Assembly (NCBI GenBank): GCA_016125135.1
Contig: WGMJ01000010.1
Span: 35,885-99,884 of the forward strand
DNA length: 64,000 nt
Source: Alphaproteobacteria bacterium
GTDB lineage: Bacteria > Pseudomonadota > Alphaproteobacteria > Micavibrionales > Micavibrionaceae
Direction: 5' to 3'
Under the pieces are notes generated by a model. It saw only the letters and a list, made by a program, of their open reading frames with translations, had not been told where the DNA came from and made no database searches. Shown here piece after piece: positions 41,720-52,615 of the stretch (position 1 is its first letter; the number at the start of each line of letters is the position of its first letter). Both the position numbers and the translations under genes were made by a program.

Positions 41720-44392
41720 TTACGCCGCGGCGAGTGAACGCAGAACGTAGTGCAGAATGCCACCGTTTTTGAAGTATTCAATCTCGTCCAGCGTATCGAT
41801 GCGGCAAAGAACTGTTATTTCTTCGGTCTTGCCATCAGGGCGTGTGATTTTAATTGTCACATCCTGACGGGGCTTAAGGCCTGACGCGATACCGGCAATA
41901 TCAATTGTCTCTTCGCCTGTCAGCTTCAATGTTTGGCGTGTCATGCCGTCTTTGAACTGGAGCGGAAGAACGCCCATACCCACCAGATTAGAACGGTGGA
42001 TACGCTCGAAGCTTTCGGCAATAACGGCGCGAACGCCCAGCAGTACCGTACCTTTTGCAGCCCAGTCACGGCTTGAACCTGTGCCGTATTCTTTACCTGC
42101 AAAAACAACAAGCGGTGTGCCGTCTGCCTGATATTTCATCGCAGCGTCGTAAATTGGCATTTCTTCACCTGATGGTACATATTTCGTCATGCCGCCTTCA
42201 ACGCCGTTTAACATTTCGTTTTTAATACGGATGTTGGCGAACGTACCGCGCATCATGACTTCATGATTACCACGGCGTGCACCATACGAGTTGAAATCCG
42301 CGTAGGTGACGCTATGGTTCGTCAGGTATTTGCCGGCAGGTGAATCCTTCTTGATAGAACCTGCTGGCGAAATATGGTCGGTTGTAATTGAATCACCAAA
42401 AAGGGCGAGAACACGCGCGCTTGCGATATCTTTAACCGGTTTTGGCTCTTTGCTGATGCCCGCGAAGTAGGGCGGGTTTTGCACGTATGTGGAGCTATTA
42501 TCCCATGAATAGGTTTCGCTCCCTGCGGCACCGCCAATGGCTTGCCACTCTTTTGGCCCCAAGAACACGTTTGCATAGCGGCTCTTGAACATTTCAGGTG
42601 TTAAACACTGCTCGACTGTTTTGCGCACCTCTTCGTTTGAAGGCCAGATGTCTTTCAGGTAAACATCTTTTCCGTCCGCGCTCTTACCAATCGGGTCTTT
42701 TGTCAGGTCAATATTCAGCGAACCTGCGAGGGCATACGCCACACATAATGGAGGCGAAGCAAGGTAGTTTGCTTTCACGTGCGGGTTTACACGCCCTTCG
42801 AAGTTTCTGTTGCCTGAGAGAACACTGGCAACGGTGAGGTCGCCTGCTTCAACGGCTTTTGCAATATGGTCAGGCAAGGGGCCCGAGTTACCAATACATG
42901 TTGTGCAACCATAACCAACAAGGTTAAAGCCCATTGCATCAAGGTCTTTTTGCAGATCGGCTTTTTCAAGGTAGTCTGTAACAACTTGCGAGCCTGGTGC
43001 GAGGGATGTTTTCACCCATGGCTTCACTTTCATGCCCAGTGCATGGGCTTTGCGGGCCACAAGACCTGCCGCCACCATAACAGACGGGTTTGAAGTGTTT
43101 GTACAGCTTGTAATGGCGGCAATCACAACATCACCGTTTGAAAGGCTGTAATCAGTGCCTGCAACGGCGTGTGTTTTCGTTTCAGGGAACGACTCTTTAA
43201 AGGCCGGTGCTGCTTTTGAAAGCAGGACACGGTCTTGCGGGCGTTTTGGCCCTGCGAGTGATGGTTCAACTGTACCAATATCAAGTTCAAGCGTATCGGT
43301 GAAGACAGGATCAGGCGATGACGCATCACGCCACATACCTTGTTCTTTTGCGTAGGCTTCAACCAGTTTTGCGCGGTGCGGGTCACGGCCTGTGAAGTTC
43401 AAATAGCGGATTGTCTCGGCATCGATCGGGAAGAAACCACATGTTGCGCCGTATTCAGGCGCCATGTTTGCAATTGTTGCACGGTCAGCGAGCGACATAT
43501 TATCAAGGCCCGGGCCGAAGAATTCGACAAATTTATTGACCACACCTTTTTTACGAAGCATTTCAGTAACGGTAAGAACAAGGTCAGTTGCCGTTGTGCC
43601 CTCTTTTAATTTGCCGGTGAGTTTAAAGCCAATGACTTCGGGGATCAGCATCGAAACAGGTTGGCCGAGCATCGCGGCTTCAGCTTCAATACCGCCAACA
43701 CCCCAGCCAAGAACGCCGAGGCCATTCACCATTGTTGTGTGGCTGTCCGTGCCCACAAGCGTATCGGGGTAGGCAACTTGGGCGCCTGTGCGCTCGTCTT
43801 GTTCAACCCAAACAGTTTGCGCGAGATACTCTAAATTAACTTGGTGGCAAATGCCTGTGCCTGGTGGCACAACGCGGAAGTTTTTGAAAGCATTCTGGCC
43901 CCAGCGCAAGAACGCATAGCGCTCGCCGTTGCGTTGAAACTCAAGTTCAACGTTCTGTTGGAACGCACCGCCATTACCAAAAGCATCGACCATCACAGAG
44001 TGGTCAATGACAAGGTCAACAGCTGTGAGCGGGTTAATTTTTTGCGGGTTACCACCAAGCGCTTTTACGCCTTCGCGCATCGCGGCCAAATCAACTACGG
44101 CAGGAACACCTGTAAAATCCTGCATCAGCACGCGGGCAGGGCGGTAGGCAATTTCGTGGCTCGAGCGTTTATTCTTTTGCCAGTCAACAACGGCTTGGGC
44201 ATCTTCTGCCTTCACTGTGCGGTCATCTTCGAAGCGGAGCATGTTTTCGAGGAGCACTTTAAGCGAGAAAGGAAGCTTGGAAATATCACCGAGTTTTTCA
44301 GCGGCTGTTTTCAACGAGAAATAATCATAGTTTTTCCCATCAACTGTCAGCGTTTTGCGGGCTTTAAGTTGGTCGTGACCTGTAAATGTCAT
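41720..44392 (-). CDS. acnA: Aconitate hydratase A
   Basis: 890 aa, with aconitase Fe-S cluster regions ([28 protein letters not shown]). Confidence 0.97.
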   Translation of the reverse strand: MTFTGHDQLKARKTLTVDGKNYDYFSLKTAAEKLGDISKLPFSLKVLLENMLRFEDDRTVKAEDAQAVVDWQKNKRSSHEIAYRPARVLMQDFTGVPAVVDLAAMREGVKALGGNPQKINPLTAVDLVIDHSVMVDAFGNGGAFQQNVELEFQRNGERYAFLRWGQNAFKNFRVVPPGTGICHQVNLEYLAQTVWVEQDERTGAQVAYPDTLVGTDSHTTMVNGLGVLGWGVGGIEAEAAMLGQPVSMLIPEVIGFKLTGKLKEGTTATDLVLTVTEMLRKKGVVNKFVEFFGPGLDNMSLADRATIANMAPEYGATCGFFPIDAETIRYLNFTGRDPHRAKLVEAYAKEQGMWRDASSPDPVFTDTLELDIGTVEPSLAGPKRPQDRVLLSKAAPAFKESFPETKTHAVAGTDYSLSNGDVVIAAITSCTNTSNPSVMVAAGLVARKAHALGMKVKPWVKTSLAPGSQVVTDYLEKADLQKDLDAMGFNLVGYGCTTCIGNSGPLPDHIAKAVEAGDLTVASVLSGNRNFEGRVNPHVKANYLASPPLCVAYALAGSLNIDLTKDPIGKSADGKDVYLKDIWPSNEEVRKTVEQCLTPEMFKSRYANVFLGPKEWQAIGGAAGSETYSWDNSSTYVQNPPYFAGISKEPKPVKDIASARVLALFGDSITTDHISPAGSIKKDSPAGKYLTNHSVTYADFNSYGARRGNHEVMMRGTFANIRIKNEMLNGVEGGMTKYVPSGEEMPIYDAAMKYQADGTPLVVFAGKEYGTGSSRDWAAKGTVLLGVRAVIAESFERIHRSNLVGMGVLPLQFKDGMTRQTLKLTGEETIDIAGIASGLKPRQDVTIKITRPDGKTEEITVLCRIDTLDEIEYFKNGGILHYVLRSLAAA

Positions 44393-44541
44393 AAGTGGCT
44401 CCGGTATGTTATTGAAAATAAAAGAAACTTTTATCGTTATTCTACAGAAGTTTTAGCGGGAAAAAAATAAGAAGCCGTTAAAAATCATGTATGGTTATAA
44501 AAATATTTTATTAACCTGACTCCGCTAAGGTTTTAGCTGAC

Positions 44542-45825
44542 ATGAATTTTATCAAGAACCTGTTTTCATCGAACAAAGGCGCCCAGAAACTCGACCGTGA
44601 CCCTGACCGTTACGAGCGCGAGAAGCGGGTTGCGCGTTCAGAAGACAGGGACGAGCGCATGGCGCTTGCCAAAAACAAATATACGCATCAGGAAATTCTT
44701 TATTATCTGGCCCAGAACGACCCTGACCCGGGTGTACGGCAGGCGGTGGCAGAAAATGAATCAACCCCCGTACAGGCGACGCCTGTTTTGGCGCGCGACA
44801 ACAACGTTGATGTGCGTATGGCACTGGCAAAGCGCTTGGTTGATCTGTTGCCCGACCTTTCGCATGATAAACATAGCCAGCTCTATGCATTTGCAGTGCA
44901 GGCATTGGGTACGCTTGCACTTGATGAGGTTTTGAAAATCCGTATGGCGCTTTCAAGCGCCTTGAAAGACCATACGCATACGCCGCCTAAGATTGCAGGG
45001 GATCTTGCACGTGACATCGAGCGCGAAGTATCGGAGCCGATTTTGCGTTTCTGTGCCGCGTTGGCTGATGCGGATTTGATCGACATTTTGCGCAACCACC
45101 CCGCAAGCTGGGCAGTACAGGCTGTTGCCGGCCGTGAACAGATTAGCGGACTTGTATCGGCAGCCGTTATAGATACGAATGATGTGCCGGCAGGGGAGAT
45201 ACTCCTGAAAAACGAGGGCGCTGAAATTACAGTTGAGACGCTCGGGTTTATTGTTGAAAAATCAAAAGAATTCCCGCAGTGGCAAAAGCCGATTGCTGTG
45301 CGTAAACAGCTTCCCCCCGAGATTGCACGTGATTTGGCCAAATTTGTTGATGATGCGGTGAAGAACCTTCTGCTTGAGCGTTCCGACTTTGATGCTGATA
45401 CAATTGAAGAAATTACAGTGATTACGCGCCGTCGCCTGAACTTCCTCGAGCAAGAGGAAAGCGGTGACCAGAGCGATGCGGCAAGCCGCGTGAAAGCCTT
45501 GTTGAAGGAAGGCAAGCTGAACGATGAGGTGGTGATGGATGCTTTGGCTGTTCGTGACCGTGAATTTGTGATGATTGCGTTGGCAGGGCTTGCTAAATGC
45601 CCGTTGGGAACAATTGAAAAGATATTTGATATGCAGGCGCCCAAGCCTGTTGTGGCGATTACATGGAAAGCAGGTCTTTCCATGCGCACGGCGCTAAAGC
45701 TGCAACAGGAAATTGCACGTATACCGCAGAAAGAATTGATTTTCCCGAAAGGCGGAACCGATTACCCGCTCGATAAAAAAGAGTTGGCATGGCAGCTCGA
45801 TTTTCTGGGTATTGAAGCGGCTTAA
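44542..45825 (+). CDS. DUF2336 domain protein
   Basis: 427-aa HEAT-like repeat protein typical of Alphaproteobacteria (recognised from memory). Confidence 0.65.
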   Translation: MNFIKNLFSSNKGAQKLDRDPDRYEREKRVARSEDRDERMALAKNKYTHQEILYYLAQNDPDPGVRQAVAENESTPVQATPVLARDNNVDVRMALAKRLVDLLPDLSHDKHSQLYAFAVQALGTLALDEVLKIRMALSSALKDHTHTPPKIAGDLARDIEREVSEPILRFCAALADADLIDILRNHPASWAVQAVAGREQISGLVSAAVIDTNDVPAGEILLKNEGAEITVETLGFIVEKSKEFPQWQKPIAVRKQLPPEIARDLAKFVDDAVKNLLLERSDFDADTIEEITVITRRRLNFLEQEESGDQSDAASRVKALLKEGKLNDEVVMDALAVRDREFVMIALAGLAKCPLGTIEKIFDMQAPKPVVAITWKAGLSMRTALKLQQEIARIPQKELIFPKGGTDYPLDKKELAWQLDFLGIEAA

Positions 45826-45833
45826 GCTTAAAT

Positions 45834-46319
45834 TTATTCGCCTTCGCCAACTGGCTCTGAATTCAACTGAACGAAATTCTGGATTCCTTGCAGTTTGATA
45901 GACTCAAGCGTTGTTTCCAGATGGTCAATATGGCCTTCTTCATCAGCGAGAATTTTCAGGAACAGGTCACGGCTCACATAATCCTGCGCTTTTTCACATA
46001 CGGCAATAGCTTCGCGGTAAGCATCGCGGCCGCCATATTCAAGCTTCAAATCATTCTCGATGATTTCCTGTACGTTTTCACCAATCAGGAGTTTATCAAG
46101 TGTTTGTAAATTCGGCAGGCCTTCAAGCAGAAGAATACGCTTGATGAATAAATCGGCATGCTGCATTTCCTCAATGCTTTCTTTGTATTCATGCTTGGCG
46201 AGCTTTGTCAGGCCCCAATCTTCCAGCATACGTGAGTGCAGGAAATACTGGTTGATCGCAGTCAGTTCCTTTTTGAGACCAATATTAAGATGCTCGATAA
46301 CTGTTTTGTCGCCCTTCAT
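45834..46319 (-). CDS. bfr: Bacterioferritin
   Basis: MKGDKTVIEHLN...LTAINQYFLHSRM..DWGL..L...EYKESIEEMQHAD. Confidence 0.95.
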   Translation of the reverse strand: MKGDKTVIEHLNIGLKKELTAINQYFLHSRMLEDWGLTKLAKHEYKESIEEMQHADLFIKRILLLEGLPNLQTLDKLLIGENVQEIIENDLKLEYGGRDAYREAIAVCEKAQDYVSRDLFLKILADEEGHIDHLETTLESIKLQGIQNFVQLNSEPVGEGE

Positions 46320-46392
46320 GTGAATTCTCCTTTGCCAATAAAATAAGACATGGCTAAAGCGGCGGCAACCCCTGATTCTACTTATTTTTGCG

Positions 46393-47577
46393 CTATTGAG
46401 AATTGATCGCAGTGTTTTTTGTGCGTAATCCTGTTTTCATGGCAAGGCGGCGAATTGGTTCCATGCCATGTGTAAAAGAAAGCCCCGCGCGGCGGATATT
46501 TTGCAGCAGGCTGTTTTTTGTTTTTACAAGTTCGTTTAGCCCCTGCGTGCCAAGTACGCGCGTTTTAATATCAGGCAGGCGCCTTCTTTCGTATTTTAAC
46601 AAAACAGCTTTTGCGCCGATATCGCTTCCGGTTTCTTTTGCTTCATCAAGACATGTAAGAAGTGCAATCACGTCTGCAAGGCTGATATTCAAACCTTGCG
46701 CGCCCGTTGGTGGTACAACATGTGCGGTTTCCGCCAATAGAACCATCCGTGGTGCAATTAATGTATTTGTATGCATGGTAACAATCGGCCACAGGCTTGT
46801 ACCTGAGACAAGTTCAATAGCCCCAAGAATATTTTCAGAGAGTATCTGGATTGTTTTTTCAATGTCTGGTTTGCGGGCCTGCTTTATTTTTTCGGGTTCA
46901 TCATGAGGCATCATCCAGACGAGGCTTGAATGATTATTTGGTAGTGGCACAAGTGTGAAGGGGCCGCCTGTGCGGTGAAACTCGGTTGAGGTGTCGTTGT
47001 GCGGCTTGCTGTGTTTTAAAAGGCAGGTTAGGGCGGATTGATGATAATCACGGTTCAGCGTTTTAATGCCTGCATTTTCACGGAGTGTAGATTTGCGTCC
47101 GTCAGCAGCGACAAGGAGCGCTGCCTCAAGCTTATGGCCGGATGAAAGCGCGGCTTCTGTATGGGCGGGGCCGCTCTGGTGGCTATTAATTTTATCTTGC
47201 AGAAGCGTGATGTTTTTATCTTTATCTGCAAGGCCCCAAAGTGTTTTGCGAAACAGCGGGAGCGGCACGTTATAGCCGTAGGCTTCAAACCCAAGCTCGG
47301 AAGCGTTGAATGATTTGGCTTCACCGCGGTCAATAATACAAAGTGTTTTTAATGTGCCGCAATGCTTCTGTATTTCTTTCCAGATGGGTAGCTCGTTTAT
47401 CAGCGCCATACCTTCTTGCATAATGGCGGCTGTACGTCCATCAGCTGGGGGCAGCACGTCTTCAGGCGGAAAAGGTTCGATAAGAGCAATGGTATAATTA
47501 CGTACAGCGGCGTGCAGCGCCAGCAAAAGAGCTGGAATGCCGCCACCACTTATAATTATATCGAACTTGCTTTTCAT
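46393..47577 (-). CDS. FAD-dependent monooxygenase, UbiH/UbiF/COQ6 family
   Basis: N-terminal dinucleotide fold (FDIIISGGGIPALLLA) and a C-terminal GD-type motif region (LLAETAHVVPPTGAQGLN). Confidence 0.8.
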   Translation of the reverse strand: MKSKFDIIISGGGIPALLLALHAAVRNYTIALIEPFPPEDVLPPADGRTAAIMQEGMALINELPIWKEIQKHCGTLKTLCIIDRGEAKSFNASELGFEAYGYNVPLPLFRKTLWGLADKDKNITLLQDKINSHQSGPAHTEAALSSGHKLEAALLVAADGRKSTLRENAGIKTLNRDYHQSALTCLLKHSKPHNDTSTEFHRTGGPFTLVPLPNNHSSLVWMMPHDEPEKIKQARKPDIEKTIQILSENILGAIELVSGTSLWPIVTMHTNTLIAPRMVLLAETAHVVPPTGAQGLNISLADVIALLTCLDEAKETGSDIGAKAVLLKYERRRLPDIKTRVLGTQGLNELVKTKNSLLQNIRRAGLSFTHGMEPIRRLAMKTGLRTKNTAINSQ

Positions 47578-47629
47578 GATCTGCGGCTTACATTATAACG
47601 GTCAAACAAAGAAGGCAAAAGGAAACAAA

Positions 47630-47887
47630 ATGGCAAAAGTAGAAATATATACATGGACTGTGTGCCCTTATTGCGTGCGTGCCAAGGACCTGATGCAGCG
47701 CAAAGGTATTGAATATACCGAACACAATATTGACGGTGATGATGATGCCCGCGCCAAAATGGTAGAGCGTGCGCAAGGCCGCCGTAGCTTGCCGCAAATT
47801 TTTATAAACGATAAGCCGATTGGCGGGTTTGATGACCTCTCGGCCCTTGATAAAAGCGGTGAGCTGGAGAAATTACTCGCGGCCTAG
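47630..47887 (+). CDS. grxC: Glutaredoxin 3
   Basis: CPYC active site, then RSLPQIFINDKPIGGFDDL. The ATG at 47630 is in frame with track ORF 47537..47887. Confidence 0.92.
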   Translation: MAKVEIYTWTVCPYCVRAKDLMQRKGIEYTEHNIDGDDDARAKMVERAQGRRSLPQIFINDKPIGGFDDLSALDKSGELEKLLAA

Positions 47888-49129
47888 ATTGAACGTATGG
47901 TCAAGCGCCCAGATGAGATCAACAAGGATCTTCTTTTTCGCATCGATAAATGCCTTGGCTTTTTCCTGAAGCTTCAGGCGTTTTTCTGCATGTGTGAGCA
48001 GGTCGGAAATCGTCGCTATGAGAGCATCTTTATTCTCTACTGCAATACAGGCATGCGCGGCATGAAGCTCATCAAAGATTGCTTGTAAGTTTTGCACGTG
48101 CGGCCCGTGAAGAATGGCACAATCAAGCTGTGCTGCTTCAAGCGGATTATGCCCACCACCCCCATCATCACTTAGTGTGCGGCCAATCATGGCAATCGGG
48201 GCAAGCTTGTAAAATAGCCCTAGGTCGCCAAGTGTATCCGCTACATAAATATCTGTATCGGCGTTTGGTAATGTTTTTTCTTGGCCACGGAAAAGGATAT
48301 TCAGGGTTTCACTTCTGAAGGCATCGGCAATAGCCTCACGTCGCTCGGGGTGGCGCGGAACCACAATCGTAAGGAGGTTGGGGAAGGTGGCTTTTAGCGT
48401 TTTATGGGTTTCTACGGCGATTTCTTCCTCGCCTTTATGCGTGCTCGCATAAACCCAAGCCGGCCTTGTGTTGATAATTACCTGTAGGGCCGCCAGCTTG
48501 GCATCATCATAGGGTAGCGGGGCAGCCGCGTATTTAATATTGCCTAGCGCGTGAATATTTTTGAGGCCAAGGGATTTGAAATTATCGGCATCTGCTTTGG
48601 TTTGCGTCAGGATAATCGAGAAAGTAGAGAGCATTTTCTGCGCGTATTTTTTGATGCGTTGCCAACGTGCAAGCGAGCGAGGTGATAGGCGGGCATTGAT
48701 AAGCGCGGCAGGAATATGACGCTTTTTAATAGCGGACAACATGGCGGGCCATAATTCTGACTCGGTCCATATCACGCGTTCAGGCTTCCAGTAATCCAGA
48801 AACTTTGAAACATAAGCAGGGTGGTCATAGGGGATGAATTGGTGGATCAGCCTGTCGCCATAACGCTGCGCAACCATTTGCGCAGACGTTTTCGTGTAGG
48901 TCGTTACAAGAATTCTGAAATGCCCTTCGGCAAGGTAATGGTCAAGAAGCGGAAAGAGGGACACAGCCTCGCCAACGCTTGCACCGTGGCAGTAAAGCAA
49001 ATTACCTTCAGGGCATACTTGTGTTGCTTTACCAAAGCGCTCGGGCTTGCGCGCGGCAATTTCTTTGCCGGCATTTACGCGGAGCGCGTAAATGATGTGC
49101 CATAAAAGCGAGTAGGGCCATGTAAACAT
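47873..49129 (-). CDS. waaA: 3-deoxy-D-manno-octulosonic acid (Kdo) transferase
   Basis: HGASVGE motif and overall WaaA/KdtA-like sequence. Confidence 0.88.
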   Translation of the reverse strand: MFTWPYSLLWHIIYALRVNAGKEIAARKPERFGKATQVCPEGNLLYCHGASVGEAVSLFPLLDHYLAEGHFRILVTTYTKTSAQMVAQRYGDRLIHQFIPYDHPAYVSKFLDYWKPERVIWTESELWPAMLSAIKKRHIPAALINARLSPRSLARWQRIKKYAQKMLSTFSIILTQTKADADNFKSLGLKNIHALGNIKYAAAPLPYDDAKLAALQVIINTRPAWVYASTHKGEEEIAVETHKTLKATFPNLLTIVVPRHPERREAIADAFRSETLNILFRGQEKTLPNADTDIYVADTLGDLGLFYKLAPIAMIGRTLSDDGGGGHNPLEAAQLDCAILHGPHVQNLQAIFDELHAAHACIAVENKDALIATISDLLTHAEKRLKLQEKAKAFIDAKKKILVDLIWALDHTFNLGRE

Positions 49130-49167
49130 GGCCCTACTATAGCTATAAATTCTGAAATGTTAATTGG

Positions 49168-49686
49168 TTAAGGCGTACCATCGGCAGGCGTTTCAGCCGC
49201 CGCACATTCGCCAAAGTCAGGGACGAAGGTCCTGATGCCGGCCTTCAGTGCATTTAACGGCGCACAAACAAAGCCTTGAATAAGGTTGATAATGCTTTCC
49301 CGTACAATACGCCCGACAATCTGGAGAACCATCTGCACAATTGCACCGCCGGGGAGCGAAGAGATAAGACCCATGGCATCATTCAAAAGTCCTTGCACCA
49401 TATCCATACCACGGCCGATAATTTCCTGTCCGCAGGAAAGTTGGCCAAGAGACTGGTTTAATTCAGGGAATTCGGAGTGCCATTGATTTTCAACGCAGCG
49501 CGCTCTTTCAATTCTGCGCTCTGCCATCTCGATACCTCTTTCTCTGAGGCGTTCCTGCACCTGTGCAAAAGTACCGCCGCGGGCATAGGACTTGCTGACA
49601 ATGTTGTAACCTAATTGTCCGCGCGTGACTTCAAACTGCCCGAACATGACCAGAAACATCAAAAATGCGCATATGATTTTGTACAT
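49168..49686 (-). CDS. Hypothetical secreted or membrane-anchored protein
   Basis: The ATG at 49686 has the RBS gggaga. N-terminal hydrophobic segment YKIICAFLMFLVMFGQF. Confidence 0.55.
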   Translation of the reverse strand: MYKIICAFLMFLVMFGQFEVTRGQLGYNIVSKSYARGGTFAQVQERLRERGIEMAERRIERARCVENQWHSEFPELNQSLGQLSCGQEIIGRGMDMVQGLLNDAMGLISSLPGGAIVQMVLQIVGRIVRESIINLIQGFVCAPLNALKAGIRTFVPDFGECAAAETPADGTP

Positions 49687-49779
49687 AATTACAGTATCTC
49701 CCACAATTCCTTAAAATTTTATTCAAATTTGCGGGATTCGGCAATTTTTTTAATAGGGGGGTCTAAGTCTTTGAAAAGA

Positions 49780-50004
49780 CTAGGCGGCTTCTTCAAGATC
49801 AATATCAAGGATTGACATGGTCAGGTTATAGGAAATGTCGCCGTCCTCGTCGTCCTTATAAATCGTACCGAGGAATTCGCCGTCTTTCAGCAATTCCAGC
49901 GAATCGGCTGCTTTCGGGCGGGTACGGACTTGCAGGGTTTTCAGGCCGAATGTGCGTTGAAAATAACCCTGTAACTTTTGAACTTCGTCATTATTCCATG
50001 TCAT
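49780..50004 (-). CDS. DUF3126 family protein
   Basis: 74-aa sequence (LQGYFQRTFG...L.VR.RPK..DS.E....GEFLG) recognised from memory. Confidence 0.7.
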   Translation of the reverse strand: MTWNNDEVQKLQGYFQRTFGLKTLQVRTRPKAADSLELLKDGEFLGTIYKDDEDGDISYNLTMSILDIDLEEAA

Positions 50005-50807
50005 AGAGAGTTATTAGCCTCTGGCGTTATTTTTGGCAATGCATTTATAGGGCCGGAGACAATATTATGGCATATCTCGGCCATTTTCTTGCGGTCTGCC
50101 CCCTCGGGAAAGGATACAGGCGCGTGGAATATGATTTTGACACTCGCGCCAGAGAGCATCGTAAAGCGGGGGAGGTGGTTCATGATATTATTATCCTCTC
50201 CCACCCAGGCATAAAGACATTGTTGCGTATAATCTGTGACGGGCTTGTTGTCGATTTCAAGCACAACAATTGTGAATGGCTGGATGACAAAGCGATGCGG
50301 GTTATTTTCTGCCAGTGTAAAAAGGCTCGATTTGAAATTCTTTACATACAGGCCATCTGTGTTTGTACCTTCGGCAAACAGGATGAGATTTTTGTTCTGC
50401 CGTATGAATTCATCAACGCCTTTTACTTCGTTAGCCGCGGCGGATCTCGTGCGGTCGATATAATATGTTTGCTGGAGTTTCGACAGGATGCCGAAGAGGA
50501 GCCAGCTCCCAACTTCCTTTTTAGCAATAAAAGAAGCGCGAAGAACTTTGCCAAGAACTGGAATATCCAGATAGGAAACATGGTTGCCGACAAAGAGAAC
50601 CGGCTTGTCACCATAGGCAGGCTGCCCCTCAACGATTATCTTCAAGCCCATCAGCCAGCAAACAAAAATATGCCAGATTTGCGGTAGCACATAAGCGGCA
50701 GGGCCCCGCGTCACCATGAGAAGAGGAGTTTGTATAACAATAAGCAGGAGTGACCACAGGACAAAAATTGTCAGGCGTATAGCGCTTCTGATGCGGCGGA
50801 AAATCAT
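50001..50807 (-). CDS. olsA: Lysophospholipid acyltransferase family protein (OlsA-like)
   Basis: H-x4-D motif (NHVSYLD). It lies directly downstream of the olsB-like gene. Confidence 0.75.
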   Translation of the reverse strand: MIFRRIRSAIRLTIFVLWSLLLIVIQTPLLMVTRGPAAYVLPQIWHIFVCWLMGLKIIVEGQPAYGDKPVLFVGNHVSYLDIPVLGKVLRASFIAKKEVGSWLLFGILSKLQQTYYIDRTRSAAANEVKGVDEFIRQNKNLILFAEGTNTDGLYVKNFKSSLFTLAENNPHRFVIQPFTIVVLEIDNKPVTDYTQQCLYAWVGEDNNIMNHLPRFTMLSGASVKIIFHAPVSFPEGADRKKMAEICHNIVSGPINALPKITPEANNSL

Positions 50808-50810
50808 GGG

Positions 50811-51623
50811 TTATTTAACGATATTCGTGTCTTTGGTGCGGTCGTAATGTTTTTTGTAGCGGCGCTCGATAGAGGAAACCGGCATCACAACGCAAATATC
50901 AACACTATTCCATTGATGGTCAATAAACGCACCGTCACCCATATAGGCACCTGCGCGGATATAACCCTTGATAAGCGGCGGTAAGCTCATCAGTGCCTGC
51001 TTCACGTTGATGTCTTCTTTTTTATGGCGGTTCATTTCCACATAGACATGTTCAAGCGCGCGGGGGCGTATTTCTTCAGGGGCCAGATGGTAATGGTACA
51101 AATAAGACAGGCCTTGCGAGACATTGTCGGGGTTTGTTTCGCTGGGGAAAGATCCGCAACCGAACATCAGGTTTATGTTGTGCGCTTCAACGTAGGAGAC
51201 AATCCCCTGCCAGAGAAGCTGCAAGACTGACATCGAGCGGTAACCTTCGATAATGCAGGAGCGGCCTAGCTCGAGTAGTTCACCACCATTCTTTTTAAGT
51301 GGCGAAATATCAAATTCGTCTTCTGTGTAGAAATTGCCAATTTTTTCGGCAGCATGTTTGCGGATCAGGCGGTAGGTGCCGATGATGCGGTCTTCAGTAT
51401 TTTTGTGGCGTGTATCTTCAAGGATCAAATGGTCGGCAACATCATCATATTTATTGATGTCACGTTGCAATGAGGCCATCTCGGCCGATGGCGTTGCGCC
51501 AAGTTCTTCATAGAATACCTTGTAGCGCAGCTTCTGGGCCGCGACGATTTCTTCTTCCGTTCTGGCCATGCGTACAACAATGCCAGCGGTTTCAGGCTCT
51601 TTTTCGAGGAGCGTGGTTGTCAT
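50811..51623 (-). CDS. olsB: GNAT-type N-acyltransferase, ornithine lipid synthase OlsB-like
   Basis: RMARTEEEIVAAQKLRYKVFYEELGA, and pairing with the acyltransferase gene. Confidence 0.75.
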   Translation of the reverse strand: MTTTLLEKEPETAGIVVRMARTEEEIVAAQKLRYKVFYEELGATPSAEMASLQRDINKYDDVADHLILEDTRHKNTEDRIIGTYRLIRKHAAEKIGNFYTEDEFDISPLKKNGGELLELGRSCIIEGYRSMSVLQLLWQGIVSYVEAHNINLMFGCGSFPSETNPDNVSQGLSYLYHYHLAPEEIRPRALEHVYVEMNRHKKEDINVKQALMSLPPLIKGYIRAGAYMGDGAFIDHQWNSVDICVVMPVSSIERRYKKHYDRTKDTNIVK

Positions 51624-51682
51624 AAATTGAAGTTAGATAACAATTTGCCTCACTTTTCAAGTATTGGTGAGGGGTAGAGTAG

Positions 51683-52615
51683 CTACTTATCCCCTGTATA
51701 AGTCTCGAGAAGCGATAAAGAGGCTTTAGAATCAGAGACTTCCAGTTTTGCACGGATGCCAACGGGCAGGCTCATCATCCGCCCGCCATGGCCGAAGGAA
51801 TGGGTCATGACCACCGGAATATCAAGATCATGCGTATATTCGTGGATCAACTCATCCAGTGAATAAGGGAAGCCCGAGGTGCCCGTATTCGAGATCATTG
51901 TGAAGTTGCCGATAATAAGCCCCGCGGCTTCCTCGAGTTTGCCGAGGCGGCGGAGCTGCATCAGCATGCGGTCGATATTCCGGATCTCTTCCATTTCATC
52001 TTCAATCAAAACAATCGCGTTCTTGAAAGAGGGGGCATATTCGGTGCCGAGCAAGTAATTCATCAGGCAGAGATTGCCACCAATCAAATGGCCTTCACCT
52101 GTGCCGTTTTTGAAAGCTTGCGGGCTTTCAAACTGAAGAGTTGCTTTCTCGCCGGAGGCAACCGAAAGGAAATCAGCAAAGTTTTTTTCCTTGTTGTCGT
52201 TCACAAAGCTGCGCACATGCGGACCATGGAGTGAAGGTACGCCGCGCTTGTGCCACAACGCATTGATAATCGCCGTATTGTCGCTAAAGCCTGAAAATAT
52301 TTTCGGCGTTTTTGCAAGCAGGTCAAAATCAAGATAATCCAGCAGGTTCAAACAGCGTAAACCACCTGTTGTGGCGATAATGGCTTTAATCTCGGGGTCG
52401 GCCCAGTATTCATGCAGTGCCGCGGCGCGCGTTTTATAATCGCCTCCCCAAAGCTCGTCATGGCACATATCATTATTCGGGTGGACTTTGACCTTGAAGC
52501 CTTTGCTTTCAAGAAAGGTTTTTCCTGCCTCGATCGTCTCGCGTTTTATAACCCACGAGGTTGCAACAATACCAATTGTGTCGCCTTGTTTAAGCGCAGC
52601 AGGTTTTGTTATCAC
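51683..52615 (-). CDS. LD-carboxypeptidase (S66 family)
   Basis: LKQGDTIGIVATS and GFSDNTAI (nucleophile Ser). The GTG at 52615 is preferred; it overlaps the pgk 3' end by 26 nt. Confidence 0.8.
   Translation of the reverse strand: MITKPAALKQGDTIGIVATSWVIKRETIEAGKTFLESKGFKVKVHPNNDMCHDELWGGDYKTRAAALHEYWADPEIKAIIATTGGLRCLNLLDYLDFDLLAKTPKIFSGFSDNTAIINALWHKRGVPSLHGPHVRSFVNDNKEKNFADFLSVASGEKATLQFESPQAFKNGTGEGHLIGGNLCLMNYLLGTEYAPSFKNAIVLIEDEMEEIRNIDRMLMQLRRLGKLEEAAGLIIGNFTMISNTGTSGFPYSLDELIHEYTHDLDIPVVMTHSFGHGGRMMSLPVGIRAKLEVSDSKASLSLLETYTGDK

Noticed and set aside
44883-45689. A 268-aa minus-strand ORF antisense to the DUF2336 gene. Similar long antisense ORFs occur at 32804..33487, 43841..44470, 7610..8065, 61772..62284, 46403..46906 and 56190..56726.
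   Set aside because: These are Ser/Arg/Ala-rich, low-complexity translations lying wholly inside well-supported genes on the other strand. That is typical of shadow ORFs, and they have no start-site signals.
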